Assembly: GCA_020073005.1 (NCBI GenBank)
Contig: JAIQFX010000044.1
Coordinates: 20,878 to 84,877, forward strand
Origin: Terriglobia bacterium
Lineage (GTDB): Bacteria; Acidobacteriota; Vicinamibacteria; Vicinamibacterales; CAVVIG01
Reading direction: 5' to 3'
Length of the DNA: 64,000 nucleotides
The position numbers and the translations under genes are program-made. Shown here in pieces: positions 55,003-64,000 of this stretch (positions are counted from its first letter, which is position 1; each line of letters opens with the position of its first letter). A model generated the notes under the pieces. That model ran no database searches, was not told where the DNA came from, and saw only the letters and a list, made by a program, of their open reading frames with translations.

Positions 55003-58000
55003 GATAATGCTCCTCTCCGGTGCGTCAGGTAATACGTGATCGGAACGGTCATGCGCGACAGCAGCAGCGACGCGACTTCGCCCGCCATCAGCGAGATGGC
55101 GAGGCCTTGAAAGATCGGATCGAACAGGATGACGGCCGAGCCGGCGATGACGGCGGCCGCGGTCAGCGCCATCGGTCGGAACCGCACGGCCCCGGCGTCC
55201 ACGACGGCGGCTTCGAGCGGCATGCCGTCCCGCACGCGCAGCTCGATGAAGTCCACGAGGATGATCGAGTTGCGGACGACGATGCCCGCGCCGGCGATGA
55301 AGCCGATCATCGACGTGGCCGTGAAGAACGCGCCGAGGAGCGCGTGCGCGGGCAGAATGCCGACGAGCGAGAACGGAATGGCCAGCATGATCGTCAGCGG
55401 CGTGATGAACGACTGGAACCATCCCATGATGAGGATGTAAATCAGGACCAGCACGGCCGCGAACGCGATGCCGAGATCGCGGAAGACCTCGTACGTGATG
55501 TGCCACTCGCCGTCCCACTTCATCGCGTACTTCGAGCTGTCGAACGGCTGGCGCGTGTTGTAGACCTCGAGGCCGTAGCCCTCTGGAAACCTGATCGACC
55601 CCAGCGCCTTGTTCATCTGCAGAATCGCGTAGACCGGACTCTCGATCGATCCGGCGACGTCGCCCGTCACGTACGTCACCGGAAGCAGGTTCTTGTGATA
55701 GACGCTCTGCTCCTCGACCGCGGGCACGGCGCGCGTCAGCTCGCCGACGGCGACGGACTGCAGACCCCGGAGGCGAATCGCGCGGACGGCGTCGAGCGAT
55801 CCGCGATCCTCGCGCGGGAGGCGCAGCACGATCGGCACGTCCTCGCGGGCGCGCGGATCGTGGAGCAGGCCGGCGGCCGCACCGGATCCGGCCATGCGCA
55901 CGACGGCCGCAACGCTCGACGGCGCGACGCCGGCGGCGGCGGCCTTCTCGGTGTCGACGTCGAGCTGCCACTTCGGCCGCGCGGACTCGACGTACCAGTC
56001 CGCGTCGACGACGCCGGCCGTGTGCTCGAACGTCGCGCGGACCTGTCGCGCGAGATCGAGGCGGCGTGCGGCATCGGGTCCGTAGACTTCGGCAACCAGC
56101 GTCTGCAGCACCGGCGGACCCGGCGGCACTTCGACGACCTGAAGATGCGCGCCGAGGCGCTCGGCGACCGGCGCGAGCGAGACGCGGATGCGCTTGGCGA
56201 TCGCGTGGCTCTGCTCGCGGCGCTCGTCCTTGCCGACGAGCAACAGCTGCAAATCCGCCAGGCTCGGATCGCGGCGCAGGAAGTAGTGCCGCACCAGCCC
56301 GTTGAACGTGTACGGCGCGGACGCGCCGGCGTAGCTCTGGACGCTGACGACCCGCGGATCTTTCAGCGCTTCATCGGCGAGCGCGGTCGCGACTCGTGAC
56401 GTCGTCTCGAGCGAGGTGTCGTCCGGCATCCGGATCATCACCTGGAGTTCGCTCTTGTTGTCGAACGGCAGCATCTTCACCGTCACGGCGCCCACCGGCA
56501 CGAGCACGACCGCGCCAAGCAGCAGCGCCGCGATCAAGGCGAGGAAGCCGGCGCGGGCGCCGGCGCGATGAATCAGCGGACCCATCACTCGGCGATAGAG
56601 CGCGGTGAGCCGATCCTCGCCGGCATCACCATGGGCGCTTTCGCGCCCATCATGAGTGGCATGGCGCTTCAGCAGGCGGACCGCCGCCCAGGGAGTCACG
56701 ATGAACGCGACGACGAGCGAGAAGAGCATCGCGGCCGTCGCGCCGACCGGGATGGGCCGCATGTACGGACCCATCAGCCCGCCGACGAACGCCATCGGCA
56801 GGATCGCGGCGACGACGGTCAGCGTCGCGAGGATCGTCGGATTCCCGACCTCGTCGACGGCGCGAATCGCGACCGCCTCCAGATTTCCCCCGGCCATTCG
56901 CGCGTGACGCACGATGTTCTCGACGACGACGATCGCATCGTCGACGAGGATGCCGATCGAGAAGATGAGCGCGAACAGCGTGATGCGGTTCAGCGTGTAG
57001 CCGTAGAGATAGAAGACGAACAGCGTCAGCGCGAGCGTGACGGGAATCGCCGTCAGCACGACGAGCGATTCGCGTCGGCCGAGCGTCAGCCAGATGAGCA
57101 CGGAGACCGAAAGGATGGCGAGCAGCATGTGCCAGAGCAGCTCGTTCGATTTCTGCTCGGCCGTCTCGCCGTAATTTCTCGTGATGGACAGCTGCACGTC
57201 GCCCGGCAGCGAATAGCCGCGCACGGTGTCCAGCTTCTGTTCGATCGTGCGCGTGAGCTGAATCGCGTTCACGCCCTTGCGCTTGGCAATCGTCAGCGTG
57301 ACGGCGGGGAACGATTGGCCGTGCTTCGGGTGATAGCTGACGTAGTCGACCGGCTCGCCGCCGCCGTCCGTGACCGACGCCACATCGTCGAGATGCACCG
57401 GCGCGCCGCCGGCGTGGCCGACGACGATGCGCTTCAGCGACGCGATCGAGTCCGGCCACGCGCCGGCTTCGAGCCGCGTGACGGCGCCGCCGCTGACGAT
57501 GTCGCCGGCGGATGTCCTCGCGTTCGCCGCCGAGAGCGCCTGCTGGACGGACAGCGGATCGAGATCGCGCGCGGCGAGCGCGGCCGGGTCGAGATCGATC
57601 GTGAGCTGGCGAGGCTGGCCGCCGGTGATCGTCACTTCGGAGATGTCCGGGACTTCCTTGAGCGTGTCATGCAGCTGCGCCGCCATTTGCCGCAGTTGCA
57701 CGTGGTCGTACGGCGCACCCCACAGCGTGATCGCCATCACCGGCACATCGTCGATCGAGCGCGCCTTCACGAGCGGAAGCGAGACGCCCGGCGGCAGGCG
57801 ATCGAGATTCGCGGACAGCTTCTGATTCAGGCGCACGAGCGCCTTCTCCTCGTCCTGGCCGACGAGAAAACGGACGACGACCATCGCGCGGCCGGCGCTC
57901 GACGTGGAATAGAGGTACTCGACGCCCGGCACTTCCCAGAGCAGCTTCTCCATCGGCCGCGTCACGCGCTGTTCGACTTCGCCCGGCGACGCGCCCGGCA

Positions 58001-58172
58001 TCTCGACGAACACGTCGATCATCGGGACGATGATTTGCGGCTCTTCCTCGCGCGGCAGCGCGACGACGGCGTAGACGCCCATCAGAAGCGACGCGAGGAT
58101 GAACGCGGGCGTCAGCTTCGAATGGATGAACGCGCCGGCGAGTCGCCCCGCCATGCCGACGTGACGTGTCAT
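54999..58172 (-). CDS. RND efflux permease
   Basis: [38 protein letters not shown]. Confidence 0.93.
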   Translation of the reverse strand: MTRHVGMAGRLAGAFIHSKLTPAFILASLLMGVYAVVALPREEEPQIIVPMIDVFVEMPGASPGEVEQRVTRPMEKLLWEVPGVEYLYSTSSAGRAMVVVRFLVGQDEEKALVRLNQKLSANLDRLPPGVSLPLVKARSIDDVPVMAITLWGAPYDHVQLRQMAAQLHDTLKEVPDISEVTITGGQPRQLTIDLDPAALAARDLDPLSVQQALSAANARTSAGDIVSGGAVTRLEAGAWPDSIASLKRIVVGHAGGAPVHLDDVASVTDGGGEPVDYVSYHPKHGQSFPAVTLTIAKRKGVNAIQLTRTIEQKLDTVRGYSLPGDVQLSITRNYGETAEQKSNELLWHMLLAILSVSVLIWLTLGRRESLVVLTAIPVTLALTLFVFYLYGYTLNRITLFALIFSIGILVDDAIVVVENIVRHARMAGGNLEAVAIRAVDEVGNPTILATLTVVAAILPMAFVGGLMGPYMRPIPVGATAAMLFSLVVAFIVTPWAAVRLLKRHATHDGRESAHGDAGEDRLTALYRRVMGPLIHRAGARAGFLALIAALLLGAVVLVPVGAVTVKMLPFDNKSELQVMIRMPDDTSLETTSRVATALADEALKDPRVVSVQSYAGASAPYTFNGLVRHYFLRRDPSLADLQLLLVGKDERREQSHAIAKRIRVSLAPVAERLGAHLQVVEVPPGPPVLQTLVAEVYGPDAARRLDLARQVRATFEHTAGVVDADWYVESARPKWQLDVDTEKAAAAGVAPSSVAAVVRMAGSGAAAGLLHDPRAREDVPIVLRLPREDRGSLDAVRAIRLRGLQSVAVGELTRAVPAVEEQSVYHKNLLPVTYVTGDVAGSIESPVYAILQMNKALGSIRFPEGYGLEVYNTRQPFDSSKYAMKWDGEWHITYEVFRDLGIAFAAVLVLIYILIMGWFQSFITPLTIMLAIPFSLVGILPAHALLGAFFTATSMIGFIAGAGIVVRNSIILVDFIELRVRDGMPLEAAVVDAGAVRFRPMALTAAAVIAGSAVILFDPIFQGLAISLMAGEVASLLLSRMTVPITYYLTHRRGALS

Positions 58173-59338
58173 CGGCGATCTCCGGTCACGCGCGCGCCGT
58201 CGGTCAGCGCGGGCGATGGCGTGGCGACGAGCGGTTCGCCAGTGGTCAGGCCCGAAAGAATTTCAATTCTCTCGTCGGTCGCTGGCCCGGCCGAGACCGG
58301 CCGCAGCCGCGCGTGCCCTTCACCGTCGACGGCGAAGACGAACGTCATCTGCCCGCGATGAATCACGGCCGACGCGGGAACAGTGAGCGCGTCATGCGTC
58401 TCGGCGACGATGCGCGCGCGGCCGAACGCGCCCGATTTGAGCGCCGGCGACAGCGGCACGTCGATCTTCGCGATGAACCCGTGACCGGTCGGATCGAGGC
58501 GCGAGATTTCGGACACGCGCCCGGCCTGCCAATCCTTTGCCGCGGACTCGTCCAATCGGATCTGCACCTGCTGTCCGACGGCGAGGCCGCTCGCGCGCGA
58601 CTCGTCGAGCCGGACTTCCAGCCGGAAAGACGATGTGTCTTCGAGCGTCAGCAGCGGCGCGCCCGGTGTCGCGAGCGTTCCGGGATCGACCGCGCGGTCG
58701 GCGACGATGCCGTCGAACGGCGCGGTCAGCGTGGTGTACGAGAGCGCGATCGCCGCGCCGTTGACCGACGCCTCGGCGGCCTTCAGCCCCGCGGCCGCTT
58801 CGGCCGCATGCGCGTCCGCGCCGGCCACGCGCGCTTCGGCCGCACGCAGCGCGGCGACGGCTTCGTCGAGCTCCTGCGCGGTCGCCGATCGCGTCGCGGC
58901 GAGACGGCTCATGCGATCGTGAGTCGCCGACGCCAGCATCAGCCCGGCGGCGGCGCCTTTCTGCTCGGATTCCGCGCCGCGGATCGCCTGCTGCGCCGCC
59001 GTCAGCGCGGCGGCGGCGCGATCGGACTGCGCGCGCATCTCGCGGCTGTCGAGCACGACGAGCACCTGACCCTGCCTGACGCGATCGCCGGGACGGACGC
59101 GGACTTCGGCGATGGGCGCCATCACGCGGCTCGCAATCGCCGACGTCAAACGCGCGCGCAGCACGCCGCCGGCTTCGACGTGCGACGGAATGCGCGCGGC
59201 TTCGGCGCGAACGATCGTCGCCTCGACCTTCGGCGTCGTCTCGGTGATCGGAGCTTTCGCCGAAGGCGCGGCGCACGCGATCGAGAGGGCGGCGATGGAT
59301 AAAAAAACGATCAGAGGTTTCACGTTCAGGCCTCGCAT
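58169..59338 (-). CDS. RND periplasmic adaptor (MFP), lipoprotein
   Basis: Lipobox [24 protein letters not shown]; ATG 59338. Confidence 0.9.
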   Translation of the reverse strand: MRGLNVKPLIVFLSIAALSIACAAPSAKAPITETTPKVEATIVRAEAARIPSHVEAGGVLRARLTSAIASRVMAPIAEVRVRPGDRVRQGQVLVVLDSREMRAQSDRAAAALTAAQQAIRGAESEQKGAAAGLMLASATHDRMSRLAATRSATAQELDEAVAALRAAEARVAGADAHAAEAAAGLKAAEASVNGAAIALSYTTLTAPFDGIVADRAVDPGTLATPGAPLLTLEDTSSFRLEVRLDESRASGLAVGQQVQIRLDESAAKDWQAGRVSEISRLDPTGHGFIAKIDVPLSPALKSGAFGRARIVAETHDALTVPASAVIHRGQMTFVFAVDGEGHARLRPVSAGPATDERIEILSGLTTGEPLVATPSPALTDGARVTGDRR

Positions 59339-59340
59339 GA

Positions 59341-60681
59341 TTACGGTTTCCGTCCGACCGCACGATCGAGCATCGCGCGGCTGACCACGGCGTCCACGAG
59401 GGCGTTGATGCGCTGCGACTCGGCGTCGAGCACGGCGGACGATGCGCGAAGCACGTCGGTCGCGCCGGCGACGCCCGCGTCGAACCGGTTCCGGATGATG
59501 CGTTCGCTCTCGCGCGCCTGCGCGACGGTGGCCTGTCCGACGGCCTGCCGGGCGCGGGCCGATTCGAGGCGCCGCAGCGCCGTGACGATCTCGACCTGCG
59601 CGGCCGCGCGCGCTTCGTCGCGATCCAGCCGCGAGCGCGTCGCGGTCTCGGCCGCGGCCTGCACGTGCGCGCGCTCGGCGCCGCCGAGCGACAAATTCCA
59701 TCGCAGCTCGGCGCCGACGATCCACGACGACGCGCGATCGGTGAGCTGCGTGCCTGCGACTTCGTAGCCGGCCTGCGCACCCACTTGTGGAAACCACGCC
59801 GCGCGGGCGAGCGTGCGGCCCGTGTCCGCGAGCTGCTCGGCCGCCGCGCTCCGGCGGAGATCGGGACGCGACGCGTCGGCTTCGGCGAACAGCGCCGCCA
59901 GCGACGACGCACTGGTCTCGCCCGGTGCCGGCGGTGGCTCCTGCACGGCGAACTCGCGGTCGATCGGCGATCCCATCAAGCGGTTCAGTTCGGCGCGCGC
60001 GACGGCGTAGTCGCCGGCCGCCTGAATGCGCCGCTGCCGCACGTCGGCGAGGTGGACGGCCAGCGCGAGGACGTCGGCGTCGGTCATCGTGCCCGCGTCC
60101 CGGCGCCGTTCGGCGCGCGCGACGTCTTCCTGCGCCGCGGCGATCGCGCCGTCGGCGGCGCGCGCCATCGCGTCGGCGGCGACCGCGCGGCCGTACGCCT
60201 GGCTCACCGCGACCGCGAGGCCGGACGCCGCTTCGTCGGCGCCGAGGCCGGCGATGTCCTGCTGCAGCCGGGCCGACCGCACCGAGGCGCGCGTCCGCCC
60301 CGCGTCGAAGATCTGTTGATCGATGGAGAAGGCGCCGCGGAAGAATCCCGTCGGGTCCGGCGAGTTGAGGGCGTCGATGGCGAAGTTGGCCGCGCCGAAC
60401 TTGCGCGCGGAGAGCAGCGAGCTGAACACGAAGACCGGCTGATCGCCGCGCTGCCACGATTCGGTGAACGAGACGCGCGGGAAGAATCCGGCGCGCGCTT
60501 CGGTGACGTGGGCCGCCGATTCGCGCGCGGCCGACTGCGCGCCCAGCAGCGAGCGATTGTGCGCAAGCGTTTCCTGTACGGCCTGCTCGAGCGTCAGCGG
60601 CGTCTGGGCCCGCGCCGTCGAGGGCGACAGTGCCAGGGACGCGAGCACGGCGAGGCGGGTGAGGCGCAAAACGGGGCTCAT
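59341..60681 (-). CDS. TolC-family outer membrane efflux protein
   Basis: Signal peptide, LTLEQAV..N, FPRV, RFDAGV. Confidence 0.9.
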   Translation of the reverse strand: MSPVLRLTRLAVLASLALSPSTARAQTPLTLEQAVQETLAHNRSLLGAQSAARESAAHVTEARAGFFPRVSFTESWQRGDQPVFVFSSLLSARKFGAANFAIDALNSPDPTGFFRGAFSIDQQIFDAGRTRASVRSARLQQDIAGLGADEAASGLAVAVSQAYGRAVAADAMARAADGAIAAAQEDVARAERRRDAGTMTDADVLALAVHLADVRQRRIQAAGDYAVARAELNRLMGSPIDREFAVQEPPPAPGETSASSLAALFAEADASRPDLRRSAAAEQLADTGRTLARAAWFPQVGAQAGYEVAGTQLTDRASSWIVGAELRWNLSLGGAERAHVQAAAETATRSRLDRDEARAAAQVEIVTALRRLESARARQAVGQATVAQARESERIIRNRFDAGVAGATDVLRASSAVLDAESQRINALVDAVVSRAMLDRAVGRKP

Positions 60682-60725
60682 CGTGTGTACAGATTCAAAC
60701 GGGGCGATTTGGTGACACGGCTACA

Positions 60726-61379
60726 ATGGCCGCGTCGAATCGCGCTGTGACCAAAACACGGAATTCGCATCTCTCCCCTGAAGAGAACGACACGAGCGAC
60801 ACGCGCGTAGCGGAGTGCGCGCGTCTGGTTCGTCAGGCCGCCGCCGGCGATCGCGACGCCATGGAGCGTCTGCTGATGCAGGCGCAGGAGGTGGCGTTCC
60901 GCTTCAGCTTTCTCGTCTGCGGCCATGCGCAGGACGCGGAAGACGTCATGCAGGATGCCTTGCTAAAGACGTACCGTCACATCGGGCGCATCCGCGAGCC
61001 CGAGCACTTCCGGACCTGGCTGTACAAGACCGTGCGCAACACGTGTCTGATGAAACGCCGCCGACGCGTGGACGAACCGTCGCATCTGCTGTCGATCGAG
61101 CAGGGCGGACCGGCGTCGGGCGACGGCTTCACGGCGGTCGATGTGGAAGATCCGGCGCAGGGACCGGACGAAGCGGCGATGAATACGTGGCTCGGCGAGC
61201 GCCTGCGCGCCGCGCTGAAGGCGCTGCCGCCGTCGTATCGCATGATCGTGTTCCTGCGCGAAATGGAAGGGCTCTCGACGCGCGAGGTCGCGAAGGTGAC
61301 CGGCATCTCCGAAGCGAACGTGAAGACGCGGCTGCATCGCGCGCGCGGGATTCTACGAGAGCAGTTGGAGGATGTATGA
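60726..61379 (+). CDS. ECF RNA polymerase sigma factor
   Basis: DAEDVMQD, FRTWLY, LP..YR....LREMEGLST.EVA, VKTRLHRAR; start uncertain. Confidence 0.92.
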   Translation: MAASNRAVTKTRNSHLSPEENDTSDTRVAECARLVRQAAAGDRDAMERLLMQAQEVAFRFSFLVCGHAQDAEDVMQDALLKTYRHIGRIREPEHFRTWLYKTVRNTCLMKRRRRVDEPSHLLSIEQGGPASGDGFTAVDVEDPAQGPDEAAMNTWLGERLRAALKALPPSYRMIVFLREMEGLSTREVAKVTGISEANVKTRLHRARGILREQLEDV

Positions 61380-61624
61380 AGGCCGGTGACTGCGCGGCGA
61401 TCCTCGCGCATATCTCCGCGTACCTGGACGGCGAGCTCGAGGCGACCGAGTGCGACGCGATCGAGCGCCACTGCCGCGAGTGCGATTCGTGCGCGTCGGT
61501 GGTCGCAGGTCTGCGTCACACCGTCGGGCTGTGCCGCGAGGCCGGGAGCGCGCCGCTGCCGGACGTCGTGCGAGCGAAAGCCCGTGAGAGCGTGAAGAAG
61601 CTGCTCGCCGAAAAGAAGTCGTAG
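61376..61624 (+). CDS. Soluble zinc-finger (ZAS, zf-HC2) anti-sigma factor
   Basis: C..ISAYLDGEL..HCRECDSC (HxxxCxxC), extra Cys residues, no TM. Confidence 0.88.
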   Translation: MKAGDCAAILAHISAYLDGELEATECDAIERHCRECDSCASVVAGLRHTVGLCREAGSAPLPDVVRAKARESVKKLLAEKKS

Positions 61625-61646
61625 GGCGAGCCTTTCAGGCGAGCCC
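61621..61646 (+). repeat. GTAG-type REP-like palindrome
   Basis: gtagggcgagcctttcaggcgagccc right after the anti-sigma stop. Confidence 0.65.
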
Positions 61647-61701
61647 GCCCGCTGGTGGCTGGGGACGGGTGGCTGGGGCTGATATACGATGCTCGCCACG
61701 C

Positions 61702-64000
61702 ATGCCTGACCTGGCGCCAGAGGCCAAAGCCCGCGAGCAGATCGACGCGCTCCTCACTGCCGCCGGCTGGACGCTGCAGGACTACACCCGTTTCGATGGC
61801 TCGGCGTCGCGCTTCATCGCGCTGAGAGAGATACCCATCACGCGGGGCCGTTGCGACTATCTATTACTTATAGATAAGAATCCGCTCGGCGTCATCGAGG
61901 CCAAGAAGGCCGGGACCAGGCTGTCGATGGTGGCGGAGCAGTCGGCGTTCTACGGCGCCAACCTGCCGGATTTCCTTCAGCGCCCGATCGGACCGTTGCC
62001 GTTCTACTACGAGTCAACCGGCATCGAGACGTTCTTCCGCGACGCGCGCGATCCGGATTCGCGATCGCGCCGTGTCTTCGCGTTCCATCGCCCGGAGACG
62101 CTTCTTGAATGGTCCGGCGAAGCCGACACGCTCCGCGCGCGACTGCGGACGCTGCCGCTGCTCGCCACCGATGGGATGCGCGGCTGCCAGATCGAAGCGA
62201 TCACCAGCCTCGAGAAGTCGTTCGCCGGCGCCAGGCCGCGCGCGCTGATCCAGATGGCGACCGGCGCGGGCAAGACGTACACCGCCTGCGCGTTCATCTA
62301 TCGGCTCATCAAGCACGCCGGCGCGCGGCGCGTGTTGTTCCTCGTCGACCGTTCGAACCTCGGCCGGCAGGCAACGGCGGAATTCCAACAGTTCGTCACG
62401 CCGGAGACCGGCCGCAAGTTCACCGAGCTGTACAACGTGCAGCACCTGATGTCGAATCAGCTCGACTCGGTCTCGCGCGTCACGATCTGTACGATTCAGC
62501 GGTTGTATTCGATGCTTCGCGGCGAAGAGCTGCCCGAGGAGATCGACGAGATCTCGGGATTCGAGCTGGCTGCCGCCGATGGCCGCGAGCGGGAAGTGAG
62601 GTACAACCCTTCGATCCCCATCGAGACGTTCGACTTCATCGTCACCGACGAGTGCCATCGGTCCATCTATAACCTGTGGCGGCAGGTGCTCGAGTACTTC
62701 GACGCGTTCCTCATCGGCCTCACCGCGACGCCGTCCAAGCAGACGATCGGGTTCTTCGATCAGAACCTGGTCACCGAGTACAACCACGAGCGCGCCGTCG
62801 CCGACGGCGTCAACGTGGGCTACGACGTCTACCGCATCAAGACGCAGGTCACCGATCAGGGCGCGACGGTCGAGAAGGGCTTTTACGTAGACAAGCGCAA
62901 CAAGGAGACGCGCGTTCTCCGCTGGCAGCAGCTCGACGAGGACCTCACGTACGGCGCGGGCGACGTCGATCGCTCCGTTGTCGTGCCGTCGCAGATTCGG
63001 ACCGTCGTTCAGGCGTTCAAGGACGCGCTGTTCACCGAGCTGTTCCCGGGCCGGACGCTCGTCCCCAAGACGCTCATCTTCGCCAAAGACGACTCGCACG
63101 CCGAGGACATCGTCCGCATCGTGCGCGACGTGTTCGGCAAGGGCAACGACTTCGCGAAGAAGATCACGTACAAGACGTATAACGTCGAGACCAAGCGTAT
63201 CGAGAAGTCCGAGAACCTGATTCAGGAATTCCGCACGTCGCCGCAGCTTCGCATCGCCGTGACCGTGGACATGATCGCGACCGGGACGGACATCAAGCCG
63301 CTCGAGTGCCTCGTGTTCCTGCGCGACGTGCGCAGCCGCGTCTACTTCGAGCAGATGAAGGGCCGCGGCACGCGCGTCCTGACGCCGACGGATCTGCAGG
63401 CGGTGAGCGGCGCCGACGCCCGCGCCAAGACGAACTTCATCATCGTGGACGCCGTCGGCGTGTGCGAGAGCGACAAGACCGACTCGCGTCCGCTCGAGCG
63501 GCAGCGCACGGTGAAGTTCGGCCAGCTCATGCTGGGCGTGTCGCTCGGGAAGCGCGACGAGGACACGCTGACGACGCTTGCCGGCCAGACGCTCGCCGAG
63601 ATGTCGGGAGCGCTTCTGCGCGCCATCGATCCGGATGCGATCGCGCAGAAGGCCACCGGTCGAGCGGGCGCCAGCCCCTCGGAAGTGCTGCCCGAGCCGT
63701 TCGAGGCCGCGCGGAAGGCGCTCGCGAACGAGGCGTGCGCGCCGTTCGACAAGCCGGCGCTGCGCGACATCCTCGCCAAGGCGAAGCAGGACGCCGAGCA
63801 GACCATCGACACCGTGACGATCGACGCCGTTACGGAGCAGAGCTTCGACGCGGCGGCGAAGGACAAGGCCGAGAGCCTCGTGACCAGTTTCCGCGCATAT
63901 ATAAAGGAGCATCACGCCGAGATCACCGCTCTGCGGATTCTCTACAGCCGGCCGTACGCGCAGCGGCTGACCGAGCCAATGCTGAAGGAGCTGGAGCGGA
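61702..64000 (+). CDS. hsdR: Type I restriction-modification restriction subunit R, 3' end outside window
   Basis: Missing from the ORF track (no stop in window). MPDLAPEAKAREQID..GW, CDYLL..VIEAKK nuclease motif, MATGAGKT, FLVDR, DECHRS, GLTATP, TGTD, QMKGRGTR. Confidence 0.92.
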   Translation, partial: MPDLAPEAKAREQIDALLTAAGWTLQDYTRFDGSASRFIALREIPITRGRCDYLLLIDKNPLGVIEAKKAGTRLSMVAEQSAFYGANLPDFLQRPIGPLPFYYESTGIETFFRDARDPDSRSRRVFAFHRPETLLEWSGEADTLRARLRTLPLLATDGMRGCQIEAITSLEKSFAGARPRALIQMATGAGKTYTACAFIYRLIKHAGARRVLFLVDRSNLGRQATAEFQQFVTPETGRKFTELYNVQHLMSNQLDSVSRVTICTIQRLYSMLRGEELPEEIDEISGFELAAADGREREVRYNPSIPIETFDFIVTDECHRSIYNLWRQVLEYFDAFLIGLTATPSKQTIGFFDQNLVTEYNHERAVADGVNVGYDVYRIKTQVTDQGATVEKGFYVDKRNKETRVLRWQQLDEDLTYGAGDVDRSVVVPSQIRTVVQAFKDALFTELFPGRTLVPKTLIFAKDDSHAEDIVRIVRDVFGKGNDFAKKITYKTYNVETKRIEKSENLIQEFRTSPQLRIAVTVDMIATGTDIKPLECLVFLRDVRSRVYFEQMKGRGTRVLTPTDLQAVSGADARAKTNFIIVDAVGVCESDKTDSRPLERQRTVKFGQLMLGVSLGKRDEDTLTTLAGQTLAEMSGALLRAIDPDAIAQKATGRAGASPSEVLPEPFEAARKALANEACAPFDKPALRDILAKAKQDAEQTIDTVTIDAVTEQSFDAAAKDKAESLVTSFRAYIKEHHAEITALRILYSRPYAQRLTEPMLKELER

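Noticed and set aside
47447-60750. Long plus-strand ORFs (590, 991, 459, 597 aa) over the RND operons
   Set aside because: Antisense to well-supported efflux genes, with no motifs.
62014-63915. 633-aa minus-strand ORF
   Set aside because: Antisense shadow of hsdR.

Overview
High-GC bacterial chromosomal window. Gene content and repeat style suggest Acidobacteriota, possibly Vicinamibacterales (inference). Layout: (1) 1-22.0 kb, one co-oriented surface-polysaccharide cluster with GT4s, NDP-sugar epimerases, WecB, split transketolase, DegT aminotransferase, priming sugar transferase, CapD/PglF, a GDP-heptose cassette (hddA-hddC-gmhA-gmhB-tal) with tailoring oxidoreductases, and an O-antigen ligase. 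(2) 22-27 kb, small accessory genes: tandem Zn-ribbon paralogs, HAD, Dabb, YdcF, a vapBC pair whose toxin looks internally deleted, Uma2, a secreted protein. (3) 27-44 kb, a signalling island: Ser/Thr kinase-TPR, FHA-GAF-HD-GYP, sigma54 activator, BldC/Xis-like HTH, stand-alone DHp mini-protein, sigma54-driven FliA/WhiG sigma factor, hybrid kinase, a probable UGA-recoded PCYCGC selenoprotein, diguanylate cyclase, FabZ-like protein, GAF-GAF-PP2C, and a candidate sigma54-dependent sRNA. (4) 44-61.6 kb, a TonB-like receptor and two RND efflux operons, one preceded by a RAPP-motif leader ORF and one divergent from an ECF/zinc anti-sigma pair. (5) A type I restriction subunit hsdR running off the right edge. 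No rRNA, tRNA, CRISPR or transposase was recognised. All calls are by-eye motif recognition; no database searches were run.
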